From Dehalococcoidia bacterium (GTDB lineage: Bacteria > Chloroflexota > Dehalococcoidia > Lucifugimonadales > VXLM01), in NCBI GenBank assembly GCA_034423035.1, contig DAOUJF010000010.1, positions 20,594 to 84,593 on the forward strand: a stretch of 64,000 nt of DNA. The letters run 5' to 3'. The notes below the pieces were generated by a model. The model searched no databases. It saw only the letters and a list, made by a program, of their open reading frames with translations, and was not told the origin of the DNA. Positions 1-9,171 of this stretch are shown here, in pieces; the first letter of the stretch is position 1, and each line of letters begins with the position of its first letter. The position numbers and the translations under genes were made by a program.

Positions 1-120
1 TACTTATGGCGGTCTTTGTGCTGACAAAGGACTCGTCGGGGAATCGTTCCGACGTTCAGACCGCGCCTGTTGGGAGCGAACCGCCGGACTCACAGGTGTC
101 GTCTCCGGCCTCAGCGCAGG

Positions 121-1023
121 ATGAATGAGCAAGTCGAGCATCTCGTCGAGACCGGCGGCGAGAGGCTCGATGTCTTCCTGGCGGCCCGGCATCCCGACCT
201 CTCTCGCTCTCGCATCCGTAAGCTGATCGATGATGGAAACGTCTCGGTCGACGGGCGCGCCGGCAAGGCGTCCACGCGACTTGCAGCAGGCCAGAACGTC
301 TCGATAGGAATTCCATCTCCTGCTCCGGCTGAGCTAAGGCCCTGGGACGTACCACTCTCCATCGTGTTCGAGGACGAAGCCCTGATCGTCATCGACAAGC
401 CTCCGGGGATGACGGTGCATCCCGTTCCGGGAAACGAAGACAAGACCCTGGCCAATGCCGTCCTCGCTTACGCTCCCGATATCGAGGGAATTGGCGGCGA
501 GCGCCGCCCCGGGATCGTACACCGGCTCGATAAGGACACCTCAGGGCTGATCGTCGTTGCCAAAAGCGAGAGGGCCCACTCCCATCTGGCCGAGCAGTTC
601 AAGAGCAGGGAAGTAGGCAAGGTCTACCTGGCGCTCGTCACCGGACACCCGAGTCCCCAGGAAGCGGACATAGAAGCCCCAATCGGCCGGCACCCGCGCG
701 ACCGCCAGCGAATGGCAATAGTCTCCACGGGACGACCCTCTATCACGCGATACAAAGTCGTGAGCAGGTACAGGAGAGCGTCTCTAGTCGAAGCGCGCCC
801 ACGCACAGGCCGCACCCACCAGATCCGCGTTCACCTGGCGTCCGTCGGGCACCCCGTGGTCGGCGACTCGACCTACGGCCGAGCCGTCGAGGGACTTTCG
901 CGCCAGTTTCTTCACGCCCATCAACTGGCCTTCACGCACCCCGGCAGCGGGGAGCCGATGAGTTTCACGGCAACGTTGCCCGACGACTTGAAAACGTATC
1001 TCGATGGACTGATGCCTGCGTGA
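121..1023 (+). CDS. rluD: rRNA pseudouridine synthase, RluA/RluD family
   Basis: ORF 70-1023 trimmed to ATG 121 (MNEQVEHL). S4-like N-terminus and RluA-family catalytic motif HRLDKDTSGLIVVAK. Confidence 0.85.
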   Translation: MNEQVEHLVETGGERLDVFLAARHPDLSRSRIRKLIDDGNVSVDGRAGKASTRLAAGQNVSIGIPSPAPAELRPWDVPLSIVFEDEALIVIDKPPGMTVHPVPGNEDKTLANAVLAYAPDIEGIGGERRPGIVHRLDKDTSGLIVVAKSERAHSHLAEQFKSREVGKVYLALVTGHPSPQEADIEAPIGRHPRDRQRMAIVSTGRPSITRYKVVSRYRRASLVEARPRTGRTHQIRVHLASVGHPVVGDSTYGRAVEGLSRQFLHAHQLAFTHPGSGEPMSFTATLPDDLKTYLDGLMPA

Positions 1024-1080
1024 CTGTGAGTGGCGCCCTCCGGCAGGGTTTCATGTAACTGCTCAGGACAGGATGAAGAT

Positions 1081-1119
1081 TCTCCGCAGAGGGCGCAGAG
1101 ATCACAGAGGGAAAAGAGG
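1081..1119 (+). repeat. short dispersed repeat, family D (CCGCAGAGGGCGCAGAG..CAGAGGG)
   Basis: tctccgcagagggcgcagagatcacagagggaaaagagg. An inverted near-copy is at 38058-38097. Confidence 0.6.
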
Positions 1120-1162
1120 TCGTGTTCAAGGCAGTTGCTGACACCCCCGCGGCTCCGCTCAG

Positions 1163-1203
1163 CCCCGTATCCAGTACGGGACAGGCTGAGCTTGTCGAAG
1201 GGC
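1163..1203 (+). repeat. REP-like element, family B variant (hairpin CCCGTA..TACGGG plus GGCTGAGCTTGTCGAAGGGC)
   Basis: Shares the GAGC(C/T)TGTCGAAGGG core with copies at 20567, 32131, 33823 and 63328. Confidence 0.65.
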
Positions 1204-1270
1204 GCACGGGGAGACGAGGGTATGCCTCTAAGGACCGGGGTACTTGACCAGGTGGAGAGGCGTGAAGCCG

Positions 1271-2137
1271 CTAGTCGGCGCTCCTCTTCGTCCACTCGCC
1301 CTTGGCTGCGGCGATGCCGAATATCGCCGTCGCGACGAGCGCCATTATAGGGCCCGTGGGCATATTTGCGTGGAATGACAGGTACATCCCGACGATCGCG
1401 GAGAGGACGCCGATGACCGCGCCAACAAACATGACCCCGACGAACCGCCTCGCGAGGAGGAACCCGGTCGCCGCCGGTGTGATGAGCATTGCCATGACGA
1501 GGACGATTCCGGCTGCCTGGATGCTGATGACGATGACCAGCGCGAGGAGGGCGAGCAGGATGTATTCGATGAAGCGAACCTTGATTCCGACAACCTCAGC
1601 GCCCACCGGGTCGAAGGTGGTGTACACGAGGTGACGGTGGAAGATGTAAAGCCCGGCAATCACCAGCACCGCCAGCCCCAGGGACAGGTAGACCTCGCCC
1701 GTACTGACGCCCAGGATCTGCCCTATGAGAAGGTCCTCGATATTCGGGGCCTGGGTGTTGCGAAGTTCGAGGAAAGTGTTGATGTAGAGCGGACTTGAGA
1801 GCATCACGAGGCCGAGCGCGAACATCCCTGCGAATACGATGCCGATGGACGTGTCTTCGCTGCTGCCCGTGCGCCGGCTGATGAAACCCATGAGCAGGGC
1901 GATTGCGACACCCGTAGGCACGGCGGCGATGAGAGCGGTGCCGGTTGCCAGCAGACCGATGCCCATGCCCGGCAGGACGGAGTGGGCGAGGGCGTCGCCC
2001 ATGAACGCGCGACCGCGGGCGACCACATAGGCCCCGATGACGGGGCACATGACGCCGACGAGGATCGACACGATCAGCGCCCGCTGCATGAAGTCGTACC
2101 GCAGCGGCTCGAAGAAAAGCTCAGCGATATCGGGCAT
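1271..2137 (-). CDS. znuB: metal (Zn/Mn) ABC transporter permease, ABC-3 family
   Basis: ORF 1271-2272 trimmed to ATG 2137 (MPDIAELFFEPLRYDF), which overlaps the upstream ATPase stop by 1 nt. Polytopic ZnuB/MntB-like sequence. The Arg-rich 45-aa N-terminal extension of the ORF looks non-coding. Confidence 0.85.
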   Translation of the reverse strand: MPDIAELFFEPLRYDFMQRALIVSILVGVMCPVIGAYVVARGRAFMGDALAHSVLPGMGIGLLATGTALIAAVPTGVAIALLMGFISRRTGSSEDTSIGIVFAGMFALGLVMLSSPLYINTFLELRNTQAPNIEDLLIGQILGVSTGEVYLSLGLAVLVIAGLYIFHRHLVYTTFDPVGAEVVGIKVRFIEYILLALLALVIVISIQAAGIVLVMAMLITPAATGFLLARRFVGVMFVGAVIGVLSAIVGMYLSFHANMPTGPIMALVATAIFGIAAAKGEWTKRSAD

Positions 2138-2916
2138 CAGTGCTCGTGTCCGTCGTGCTCGTCGTTGTCGTGCGGGTCGACGTGATGGTGGGCGAACTCG
2201 AGCCCGTGGGAGCCGTAGAGTTCCTCCAGCACCTCGGGCGTGAACGCCTCCTCTGGCGGGCCGTACGCGCACATGTGGTGGTTGATGCAGAGTATGCGAT
2301 CGAATCGCTCGGCGATGTTCGTCAGATCGTGGGTGGAGATGATTACGATTTTCCCCTCGACGACCGTGAGCGACTGCAGGACCAGCACGATGTCCTCTTG
2401 GGCTGCTACGTCGACGCCGCTAAACGCCTCGTCCATGAGGAGTATGCTGGCCTCCTGGGCAAGCGCGCGGGCTATGAAAACTCGCTGTCGTTGACCGCCC
2501 GACAACCGGTCTACGAGGGCAGTGCGCTCATCCCAGAGATTGACCCGCTCCAGACACTTTCTGACGATTTCCTTGTCCTGTCTGCTGGGTCGTCGGAACC
2601 ATCCGATGTTGTTTCCCCGTCCCATCATCACCACGTCGTGAATGGTGGCGGGGAACCGCCAGTTGATGCTGTCGCGCTGGGGCACGTAGGCCAGGGCGCC
2701 CTTTCTTTCAATGCCCCGCACGGTCAGCGAGCCGTGCGCTACCGGCAGCAGGCCCGCGATGGCCTCGAAAAGCGTGCTCTTGCCCGCGCCGTTTGGGCCT
2801 AGTATGCCCATCAAAGTGCCCGGTCCCACTTCGAAGGTGATCCCCGTCAGGGCTACGTGGCCACCCCGCTCAACGGCCATGTCTTCGACAGTGATGCTCG
2901 GTTCCGAAGCAGTCAT
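2137..2916 (-). CDS. znuC: metal ABC transporter ATP-binding protein with His-rich C-terminal tail
   Basis: Walker A GPNGAGKST, signature LSGGQRQR, Walker B LLMDEAF. Start at ATG 2916 (MTASEP) with AAGGA upstream. Tail is HHHVDPHDNDEHDGHEH. Confidence 0.85.
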   Translation of the reverse strand: MTASEPSITVEDMAVERGGHVALTGITFEVGPGTLMGILGPNGAGKSTLFEAIAGLLPVAHGSLTVRGIERKGALAYVPQRDSINWRFPATIHDVVMMGRGNNIGWFRRPSRQDKEIVRKCLERVNLWDERTALVDRLSGGQRQRVFIARALAQEASILLMDEAFSGVDVAAQEDIVLVLQSLTVVEGKIVIISTHDLTNIAERFDRILCINHHMCAYGPPEEAFTPEVLEELYGSHGLEFAHHHVDPHDNDEHDGHEH

Positions 2917-3011
2917 GACAGTCCTTGTGCAGTTGGGAATCCGGGTGCGGAGAGTCTCCACACCCGGCGCGCCCGGATACTACCACATTGGTTATGCTGG
3001 TGATACGGCGT

Positions 3012-4385
3012 CTACTTTAGGCCCTCGACTATCCGCTCGACGTTCGTGCGAACCATGTCGATGTACGTTTCGGCTCCGCTCCCCTCAGGGCCGAGCGAGC
3101 CGGAGTAGAGCCTGACCAGCTCAGCGCCCGACTCCTTCGCCACCGCGCTGGCCAAGCGTTCGCTGACCGTCGTCTCGCCGAACACCACCGGGACACCCTC
3201 CTCCTTGACTTCTTCGACCAGGTCCGCGAGGTCGCCGGCCGACGGCTCAACGTCCGTGGTGATCGAGAGGACGACGCCCACGATCTCGAATCCGTACAGG
3301 TTGGCAAAGTACCCGAAACTGTCGTGCGAGGTTACGAGCAGCCTGTTTTCCTCCGGTACCGCACTCACCTGCTGTTCCGTCCATGAGTGCAGTTCGTCCA
3401 GCTTCGCGTTGTACGCTTGGGCGTTGGTCCAGAACATATCACCGCGGTCCGGATCGAGTACGGAGAGACGGGCGGCGATGTCGTTGACTACGAGCTTCAC
3501 GCGCACGGGGTCGAACCAGTAGTGGGGGTCTTCCAGACCGTGGCCGTGATCATCGTGCTCGTCTTCACCCTCTTCGGTGAGGCCTTCGATGGCTTCGATC
3601 GCCTCTTCGGCCTTCAGATCACCGGCTTCGACCTGTTCGATTATTTCCATGACCATTGCGGGCAGCTCTTCTTCTCCTTCATGGTGATCTTCTTCTTCCT
3701 CTTCGCCCTCGTGGTCTTCGTCCTTCTCCTCTTCCTCCTCTTCTCCTTCACCCTCGTGGTGCTCGCCCTCTTCTTCGGCTGCTTCGAGAACTTCCTTGAT
3801 CTCGTTCAAGCCCTCCTTCGCGTCGATCTCGCCCTCTTCCACCTCATGGACCACGTGGCTTATATCCTCCAGCAGTTCAACCTCGTCGGCATGGCCCTCG
3901 GCGAACTCTATCGGATCGACGATTTCGCCCGTCTCGACGATGGACTCGGGGTCTGCCGCGGCGTTCTCCAAGAGGTCGTGAAGCCAGCCGCCCTCCATGC
4001 CCAGGCCGATGCTGAGTACGACGTTGGCGTCGGCAATTCTCGCCACGTCTCTCGCGCCGGGTTGGAAGGTGTGCGGGTCGGTGCCTATGGGCAGGAGACT
4101 AAACACCTCAACGCCGTCGCCGCCCACGTTCTGCACCCAGTCGGCAACGATGTTGGACGTCGTTACGACTTCGATTGGCGGCTTGTCCTCCGGCGCCGCG
4201 GGAGGGGCGGCGGGAGGGGCAGGAGGACCGGCCGGGCTAGTCTGCGCCTGAGTGGTCGGCTCCGGTTCGGGATCGGAATCGCTCGAACACGCCGCTATCG
4301 ACAGCATGAGAGCGATTCCTACAACAAACATTCCCATGAACGGGATAGATGGCACGTAATTATTGGAATTCAGTCTCAAATGCAT
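3012..4385 (-). CDS. znuA: metal-binding lipoprotein, ZnuA/TroA (cluster 9) family, with very long acidic/His-rich insert
   Basis: TroA-like sequence on both sides of a Glu/His-rich insert. Lipobox LSIAAC. Start ATG 4385 has GGAG 6 nt upstream; alternative ATG at 4397. Confidence 0.8.
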   Translation of the reverse strand: MHLRLNSNNYVPSIPFMGMFVVGIALMLSIAACSSDSDPEPEPTTQAQTSPAGPPAPPAAPPAAPEDKPPIEVVTTSNIVADWVQNVGGDGVEVFSLLPIGTDPHTFQPGARDVARIADANVVLSIGLGMEGGWLHDLLENAAADPESIVETGEIVDPIEFAEGHADEVELLEDISHVVHEVEEGEIDAKEGLNEIKEVLEAAEEEGEHHEGEGEEEEEEKDEDHEGEEEEEDHHEGEEELPAMVMEIIEQVEAGDLKAEEAIEAIEGLTEEGEDEHDDHGHGLEDPHYWFDPVRVKLVVNDIAARLSVLDPDRGDMFWTNAQAYNAKLDELHSWTEQQVSAVPEENRLLVTSHDSFGYFANLYGFEIVGVVLSITTDVEPSAGDLADLVEEVKEEGVPVVFGETTVSERLASAVAKESGAELVRLYSGSLGPEGSGAETYIDMVRTNVERIVEGLK

Positions 4386-4479
4386 TCTCTTCTCCATGTT
4401 GGATTTTGCAGGGGTGGCAGTTTCAAGGAACGTGTTAAGATGTCCGAGCCCGCGACCGAGAGGTCGAAGTTCCCGCACA

Positions 4480-4508
4480 ATTTAACATACGATGAGATTC
4501 TATATCAA
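4480..4508 (-). promoter_or_regulatory. promoter-like TTGATA-N17-TTAAAT upstream of znuA, inside an AT-rich zur-znuA spacer
   Basis: Minus strand reads ttgata tagaatctcatcgtatg ttaaat. The only AT-rich stretch in the operon. A weak AAATCTTAAT..GATGATT palindrome lies nearby (4518-4541). Confidence 0.3.
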
Positions 4509-4558
4509 GTGCTGCTAAATCTTAATGTATATGGATGATTGAGACAGTTTTGAGGCCT

Positions 4559-4993
4559 CTACGCGCTTTCGCTGGGCAGGCAGCGATCGCAGGTAACGAA
4601 GAACTCCATGCGGTGCCCGACGATCTCGCCGGGGATGTCGCCTCCGATGGCCCGGAGCAGCCGTTCCACCGTCGCCGCTCGGAACTCACCGACATTGCCG
4701 CACTTGATGCAGACGGTGTGGTGGTGATGCTCGATGCGGGAGAGGCTGTACATGGGGGCGCCGTCCATCATTGCCAGCTTGCAGATGACGCCGGCCTTCA
4801 GAAGCAGTTTAATCGTCCTGTACACCGTCGCCCGGCCGACCGTCGGAAGCTCTTCACTGATCTCTTCGGCTGTGAATCCCTCTTGCTTTCGTTCGAGAAG
4901 ATCTACGATCGCCCTTCGCGGTGCTGTAGTTCGGTATCCCTGGTCTTCCAGGACGGCCATGAGGTTGGGACGGGAGTTGAGGGAGACGTTCAT
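4559..4993 (-). CDS. zur: Fur-family metalloregulator (Zur-like)
   Basis: Winged-helix N-terminus (TAPRRAIVDLL), HHHH..CIKC and CDRC metal-site motifs. First gene ahead of znuA-znuC-znuB on the same strand. Confidence 0.8.
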   Translation of the reverse strand: MNVSLNSRPNLMAVLEDQGYRTTAPRRAIVDLLERKQEGFTAEEISEELPTVGRATVYRTIKLLLKAGVICKLAMMDGAPMYSLSRIEHHHHTVCIKCGNVGEFRAATVERLLRAIGGDIPGEIVGHRMEFFVTCDRCLPSESA

Positions 4994-5281
4994 AGACTTG
5001 AGGGCGGCTACCTTCCCAGAATGTTCACAAGTTATTCATGTTTATCGGTTTCAATAGACCTACGGTAACAAACACCTCATGGCGTGTCAATGGCGCCAAT
5101 AGAGGCTCGATGGCCACTCTTGCGGAACGCTTTTAATTACGACGCGCCACTGCGCCGGCCGATGTCGTAACTGGTATTTGGAGCATGCCGCACACCCTCT
5201 GCAGCAATCTTTGCGTGTCGGGTCTAAACGCCTGTTTCAAGTGCAGGACGACCTTGACTGGAGCTCGCAGCATCCCCGATG

Positions 5282-5449
5282 CTAGAGGCCGACGAAGCCG
5301 CCCCACTCCCAGGGATGAAGCCCCTGGTTGCCGCAGACGGGACAGCCCACGGCGCCGTTCCTGATCATGTAGGCAACCATGAAAACGAGGCCGCCAATTG
5401 CGAGCTTGTTTGTTGTGAACCTTGCCAGAAGACCGTATATTTTCTTCAT
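5282..5449 (-). CDS. small (55 aa) membrane protein with CPVC motif, function unknown
   Basis: ATG 5449 is preceded by AGGAGG at 7-nt spacing. One hydrophobic helix (LAIGGLVFMVAYMI), then GCPVCGNQGLHPWEWGG. Confidence 0.45.
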   Translation of the reverse strand: MKKIYGLLARFTTNKLAIGGLVFMVAYMIRNGAVGCPVCGNQGLHPWEWGGFVGL

Positions 5450-5529
5450 AACATTCCTCCTGAGCACGACTCCACTTAAATTCATGCTATTTGAGGACGC
5501 ATGTCGGTGTCAAGGGTGACTCCATTCCA

Positions 5530-5647
5530 GTGAGTGTTCAGAGTTCATGGGGCGGGCATCCCCCACCCCTATGGATACCCGCTTTTGCGGGTATGACGGC
5601 GTCTGTATGCGTTGAGTTCGCTCACGAAGTCTGAACAGTTACCCATT
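5530..5647 (+). repeat. composite palindromic element, family C, copy 1 (about 118 nt)
   Basis: gtgagtgttcagagttcatggg...ccccacccctatggatacccgc tttt gcgggtatgacgg...gaagtctgaaca..acccatt. The ends are mutually complementary. Copies at 5776-5920 and 12394-12541. Confidence 0.7.
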
Positions 5648-5665
5648 CCAAAGTCCACCACCTCC

Positions 5666-5692
5666 GTCATTCCGGTGGAGGCCGAAATCCAT
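5666..5692 (+). repeat. REP-like hairpin, family A
   Basis: gtcattccggtggaggccgaaatccat. Same GTCATTCC..stem-loop..GGAATCCAT design as 10 other copies. Confidence 0.7.
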
Positions 5693-5775
5693 CCTCGGCG
5701 AGGCGTATCGTCATAACATCGGAGGCAGCCCGTCTTGCTGCCTGTCCGAATTAGGTGGGGAATCTAGGCATTGCG

Positions 5776-5920
5776 GTGAGTGTTCAGAGTTCATGGGATG
5801 AACATTCCCCACCCCTATGGATACCCGCCCCGTATCGTGGTACGGGGTGACGTTCTTTCGCGGGTATGACGGTGGCTGCGTGCGTTGAGCGCTCTCCCGA
5901 AGTCTAAACACGAACCCATT
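5776..5920 (+). repeat. composite palindromic element, family C, copy 2 (about 145 nt, with extra inner hairpin)
   Basis: Collinear with 5530-5647 but carries the inserted hairpin ccccgtatcgtggtacgggg inside the GGATACCCGC..GCGGGTATGACGG stem. Confidence 0.7.
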
Positions 5921-6003
5921 GCGGCATGTGCAGTATTTCTTCCCTTTCATGCCAAGGTGAAGGACAATATCCAACGATCAGGGCAAAGGCCACAACATCG
6001 AGG

Positions 6004-6393
6004 ATGCTCATGCCGCTCATTCTAATCGCCGCCCTTGGCGACCTGGCGGTATTTGCTTTGTTCGTCTTTGCCGGCAGGGCGGAACACGGAATAGTCCAGG
6101 ATGCCGCGTTCTGGCGTACGGCATTGCCGTTCGCTGCTGTCTGGTTCGCGTTGTCGCCGTGGCTCAGGGCATTTCGAGCTTCGACTCTGACGAGCGTTAG
6201 GGCGTCGGCTTGGCGCATCCCACTCATCTGGCTCCTGTGCGGTATCATCGCCGTGGTGCTGCGCGTGTGGCTCACAGACCGCACCTTTCAGTTGACCTTC
6301 GCCCTGGTCGCCATCGGCGTTCAGGCCGTCCTGCTTCTTGGATGGCGCGTCACCCTCTCACTGGTGAGCCGAAGGATTTTCGGCACACCGTAG
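6004..6393 (+). CDS. DUF3054-like small polytopic membrane protein
   Basis: ORF 5926-6393 trimmed to ATG 6004. Pattern LGDLAVFALFVFAGRAEHG and four hydrophobic segments resemble the DUF3054 family. Confidence 0.55.
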   Translation: MLMPLILIAALGDLAVFALFVFAGRAEHGIVQDAAFWRTALPFAAVWFALSPWLRAFRASTLTSVRASAWRIPLIWLLCGIIAVVLRVWLTDRTFQLTFALVAIGVQAVLLLGWRVTLSLVSRRIFGTP

Positions 6394-6418
6394 CTATTTT
6401 CTTTTGGAGGAACGGGCC

Positions 6419-7774
6419 ATGCCCGAAGTTCGAACCCGCTTTGCTCCCAGTCCCACCGGCGACCCGCACGTGGGGAATATCCGCACCGCCCTGTTCACGT
6501 GGCTCTTCGCCCGCAGGCATCACGGCAAGTTCATCCTGCGGATCGAGGACACCGACCAGGCCCGCGAGGTGGAGGGATCGGTTGAGGCAATCATGGAGGG
6601 CCTCAGGTGGCTGGGTCTCGACTGGGACGAAGGCCCCGATGTCGGTGGTGAGTTCGGTCCTTACTTCCAGTCGGAGCGGCTCGACCACTACCAATCGGCG
6701 GCCGACCGGCTGATCGAGTCGGGGCACGCATACCGCTTCGAGGACGAGCGCGGTTCAGCCGTGAAATTCGCCATGCCCGACGGGGGGACGACAGTCGTAT
6801 CGGACGTGATCCGCGGTCGGATCGAGTTCGACAACTCACTAATCGATGACTTCGTAATCCTGAAGTCTGACGGATTCCCGACCTACCATCTCGCAAGTGT
6901 CGTGGACGATCAGCTCATGCGAATCTCACACGTCATCCGTGGGGAGGGGTGGCTCTCCAGCGCGCCCCGTCACGTCCTGCTGTACGGTGCTTTCGGCTGG
7001 CACGCCCCGGAATTCGTCCACGTGCCGGACATCCTCGCGAGCGGCGGCGGCAAGCTCAGCAAGCGACACGGGGCCGCATCGGTGAACGAGTACCGACAGA
7101 TGGGGTACCTGCCCCACGCGCTGGTCAACTTCCTCGCACTGCTCGGCTGGTCGTACGACGACAAGACCGAGCTATTCACCGGTGAAGAATTGATCGAAGC
7201 CTTCTCCCTCGAGCGCGTCTCCAGGTCGGGCGCGGTCTTCAATCTCGAAAAGCTCGACTGGATGAACGGTCACTACATCCGCGACGCGGGAGAAGAGCAG
7301 CTAGCCGACGCGCTCCTGGACTACTGGCGCAGGTATCCTGCCGCCGAGCTTCCACCGGACCCGGATAGGGACATCCTGATTCAGATTGTGCCTCTCATTA
7401 AGGAAAGGCTGAAAACGCTGGCCGACGCGGCAGAGCGGATTCCCTTCTTCTTTAGTGAGGAGTTCGATTATGGACCCGGTGAACTCATCCAGCGCAGGAT
7501 GGACGCCGACGGCACCCTCCGGGCACTGCAGGCGGCCTCGGACGCCATCGAGTCAATCGGACCTTTCGACGCCTCGACGCTCGAAGCAAGATTGAGAGCG
7601 CTCGCCGACGAGCTTGAGATCAAGGTGGGCCAGCTCCTGGGAACGCTGCGTGTCGCCACGAGCGGCCTGAAAGTCTCGCCGCCTCTGTTCGAGTCGCTGG
7701 AAATCCTGGGCAAGGAGCGGGTGCTCCGAGACTTAGGTCGGGCCATCAGTAAACTAAATCAAACACCTCATTAG
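6419..7774 (+). CDS. gltX: glutamyl-tRNA synthetase
   Basis: RFAPSPTGDPHVGNIRTALF (HIGH region) and KLSKRHG (KMSKS). GGAGG lies 8 nt upstream of ATG 6419. Confidence 0.95.
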   Translation: MPEVRTRFAPSPTGDPHVGNIRTALFTWLFARRHHGKFILRIEDTDQAREVEGSVEAIMEGLRWLGLDWDEGPDVGGEFGPYFQSERLDHYQSAADRLIESGHAYRFEDERGSAVKFAMPDGGTTVVSDVIRGRIEFDNSLIDDFVILKSDGFPTYHLASVVDDQLMRISHVIRGEGWLSSAPRHVLLYGAFGWHAPEFVHVPDILASGGGKLSKRHGAASVNEYRQMGYLPHALVNFLALLGWSYDDKTELFTGEELIEAFSLERVSRSGAVFNLEKLDWMNGHYIRDAGEEQLADALLDYWRRYPAAELPPDPDRDILIQIVPLIKERLKTLADAAERIPFFFSEEFDYGPGELIQRRMDADGTLRALQAASDAIESIGPFDASTLEARLRALADELEIKVGQLLGTLRVATSGLKVSPPLFESLEILGKERVLRDLGRAISKLNQTPH

Positions 7775-7900
7775 CCGTCAGTTCCGCCAACGCCATGTCC
7801 GGAGAAGTCGGCTTCGAGCAATTTACCTTGACACGTCAGCGGTTCTGGGCGATTCTATCCGCAGAGAGCGGACGTCCAAATCGGAGGGGAGACCGTCCTA

Positions 7901-8353
7901 ATGTCCTTAAGCGACCAGCTAACCGACGACCTCAAGCAGGCGATGCGTTCGCGTGACACGCTCCGGCGAGACGTTATTCGTTTTCTCCTCTCCGCCGTAC
8001 GCAACCTGGAAATCGAGAAACAGGAGCCTGCCGACGACGAGGCCATTACCGGTCTGCTCTGGCGTCAGGCGCGTCAACGCCGCGACAGCATCGAGGCATA
8101 TTCCAAGGGTGGGCGTGACGACCTCGTTAAGAAGGAAGAGGACGAGCTCGCCATCATCATGGAGTACCTGCCCGCGGAACTGACCGACGAGGAGATCTCG
8201 GAGATCGCGGCAAAAGCCGTCGACGAGGTCGGCGCGACCAGCCCCCGCGAAATGGGCAAGGTCATGGGACGTATCATCCCGCAGGTCGAGGGAAGGGCCG
8301 ATCTCAAGAAAGTCAGCCAGACGGTGGCGGCGCTGCTCAGGGAACGCTCGTGA
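7901..8353 (+). CDS. yqeY: GatB/YqeY domain protein
   Basis: [33 protein letters not shown] is typical of the YqeY family; 150 aa. Confidence 0.85.
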   Translation: MSLSDQLTDDLKQAMRSRDTLRRDVIRFLLSAVRNLEIEKQEPADDEAITGLLWRQARQRRDSIEAYSKGGRDDLVKKEEDELAIIMEYLPAELTDEEISEIAAKAVDEVGATSPREMGKVMGRIIPQVEGRADLKKVSQTVAALLRERS

Positions 8354-8420
8354 CCGATACTCAAGATCGCCCTCGCCAACTGAGAAGGTCGGCAGCCTGG
8401 TCGTGACGAACGGCAACGAC

Positions 8421-9113
8421 ATGAGGTTCGGTGTTGTGGTCTTTCCCGGTACGTGGAGCGACACCGACACCCACCACGTGCTTTCCGAGGTATTTCACCA
8501 GCAGGTCGAGTACGTCTGGCACAAGGAGACCGACCTGTCACGCTACGACTGCGTCATCCTGCCGGGTGGGTTCTCCTACGGCGATTACCTCCGATGCGGC
8601 GCGATCGCACGATTCTCCCCCGTCATGGAAGCCGTCACCGACTTCGCCGAAGGAGGCGGACTCGTGGCGGGCATCTGCAACGGGTTCCAGATTCTCTGCG
8701 AGGCGGGACTGCTTCCGGGCGCGCTCATGCGGAACGACGTGCTCCAGTTCCGTTGCATGTGGGTCAACCTCCGCTCGGAGACATCCGACACGCCATTCAG
8801 CGGGAACTATCCGGTCGGTCAGGTGCTGCAGGTGCCCATATCCCACGGCGAGGGGAGGTACTTCGCCGACCCCGACACCCTCCGTGAACTGGAGGAAGAG
8901 GGCAGGGTGGTATTCCGTTACTCGACCCTTGATGGACAGGTGACGTCCGGTGCCAACCCGAACGGTTCGGTCAACAACATCGCGGGCATCGTCAATGCCA
9001 AAGGCAACGTGCTGGGCATGATGCCTCATCCCGAGCGATGCTGCGAAGAGCTGGTCGGAGGCACGGACGGCGCTCTCATCTTCAACTCTATCATCGACCA
9101 TCTGGCCTCGTGA
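8421..9113 (+). CDS. purQ: phosphoribosylformylglycinamidine synthase, glutaminase subunit
   Basis: [11 protein letters not shown].., [18 protein letters not shown] (catalytic Cys), MPHPER. Confidence 0.9.
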   Translation: MRFGVVVFPGTWSDTDTHHVLSEVFHQQVEYVWHKETDLSRYDCVILPGGFSYGDYLRCGAIARFSPVMEAVTDFAEGGGLVAGICNGFQILCEAGLLPGALMRNDVLQFRCMWVNLRSETSDTPFSGNYPVGQVLQVPISHGEGRYFADPDTLRELEEEGRVVFRYSTLDGQVTSGANPNGSVNNIAGIVNAKGNVLGMMPHPERCCEELVGGTDGALIFNSIIDHLAS

Positions 9114-9171
9114 GCCTGTTCTCCTCGTTACCGATCAGAGCACCCCTTAGTCAGTACGGACGGCTGCGCTC

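Noticed and set aside
1-120. Possible gene end at the left window edge, and ORFs 4-192 / 56-355 on the minus strand
   Set aside because: The translations are Arg/Pro-rich with no motifs and overlap rluD. There is insufficient sequence to call anything.
1271-2272. Long Arg-rich N-terminal extensions of ORFs (znuB to 2272, sirC to 27613, mntA to 36631, aminotransferase to 37944)
   Set aside because: The extensions overlap upstream genes or REP elements and have no homology-like sequence. Internal ATGs with SD sites or stop/start coupling give proteins of canonical length.
4518-4541. Zur box in the zur-znuA spacer
   Set aside because: AAATCTTAATGTATATGGATGATT matches one half of the Bacillus-type Zur box (AAATCGTAAT), but the second half is poor. 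It is kept only as a remark, not as a feature.
5711-5974. Short ORFs built from repeat elements (for example 5711-5974, 20378-20701, 32086-32271, 42897-43094, 47307-47498, 57474-57698)
   Set aside because: They read through REP-like repeats (translations such as VIPAKAGIQ or SLSNHE, FDRLRVNG-like strings) and recur wherever the repeat recurs. This is a classic repeat-derived false gene call.
7828-7858. TTGACA box upstream of yqeY (and a similar one at 12549 upstream of the FmdB-like gene)
   Set aside because: Good -35 hexamers, but no convincing -10 element at 16-19 nt spacing. Not reported as promoters.
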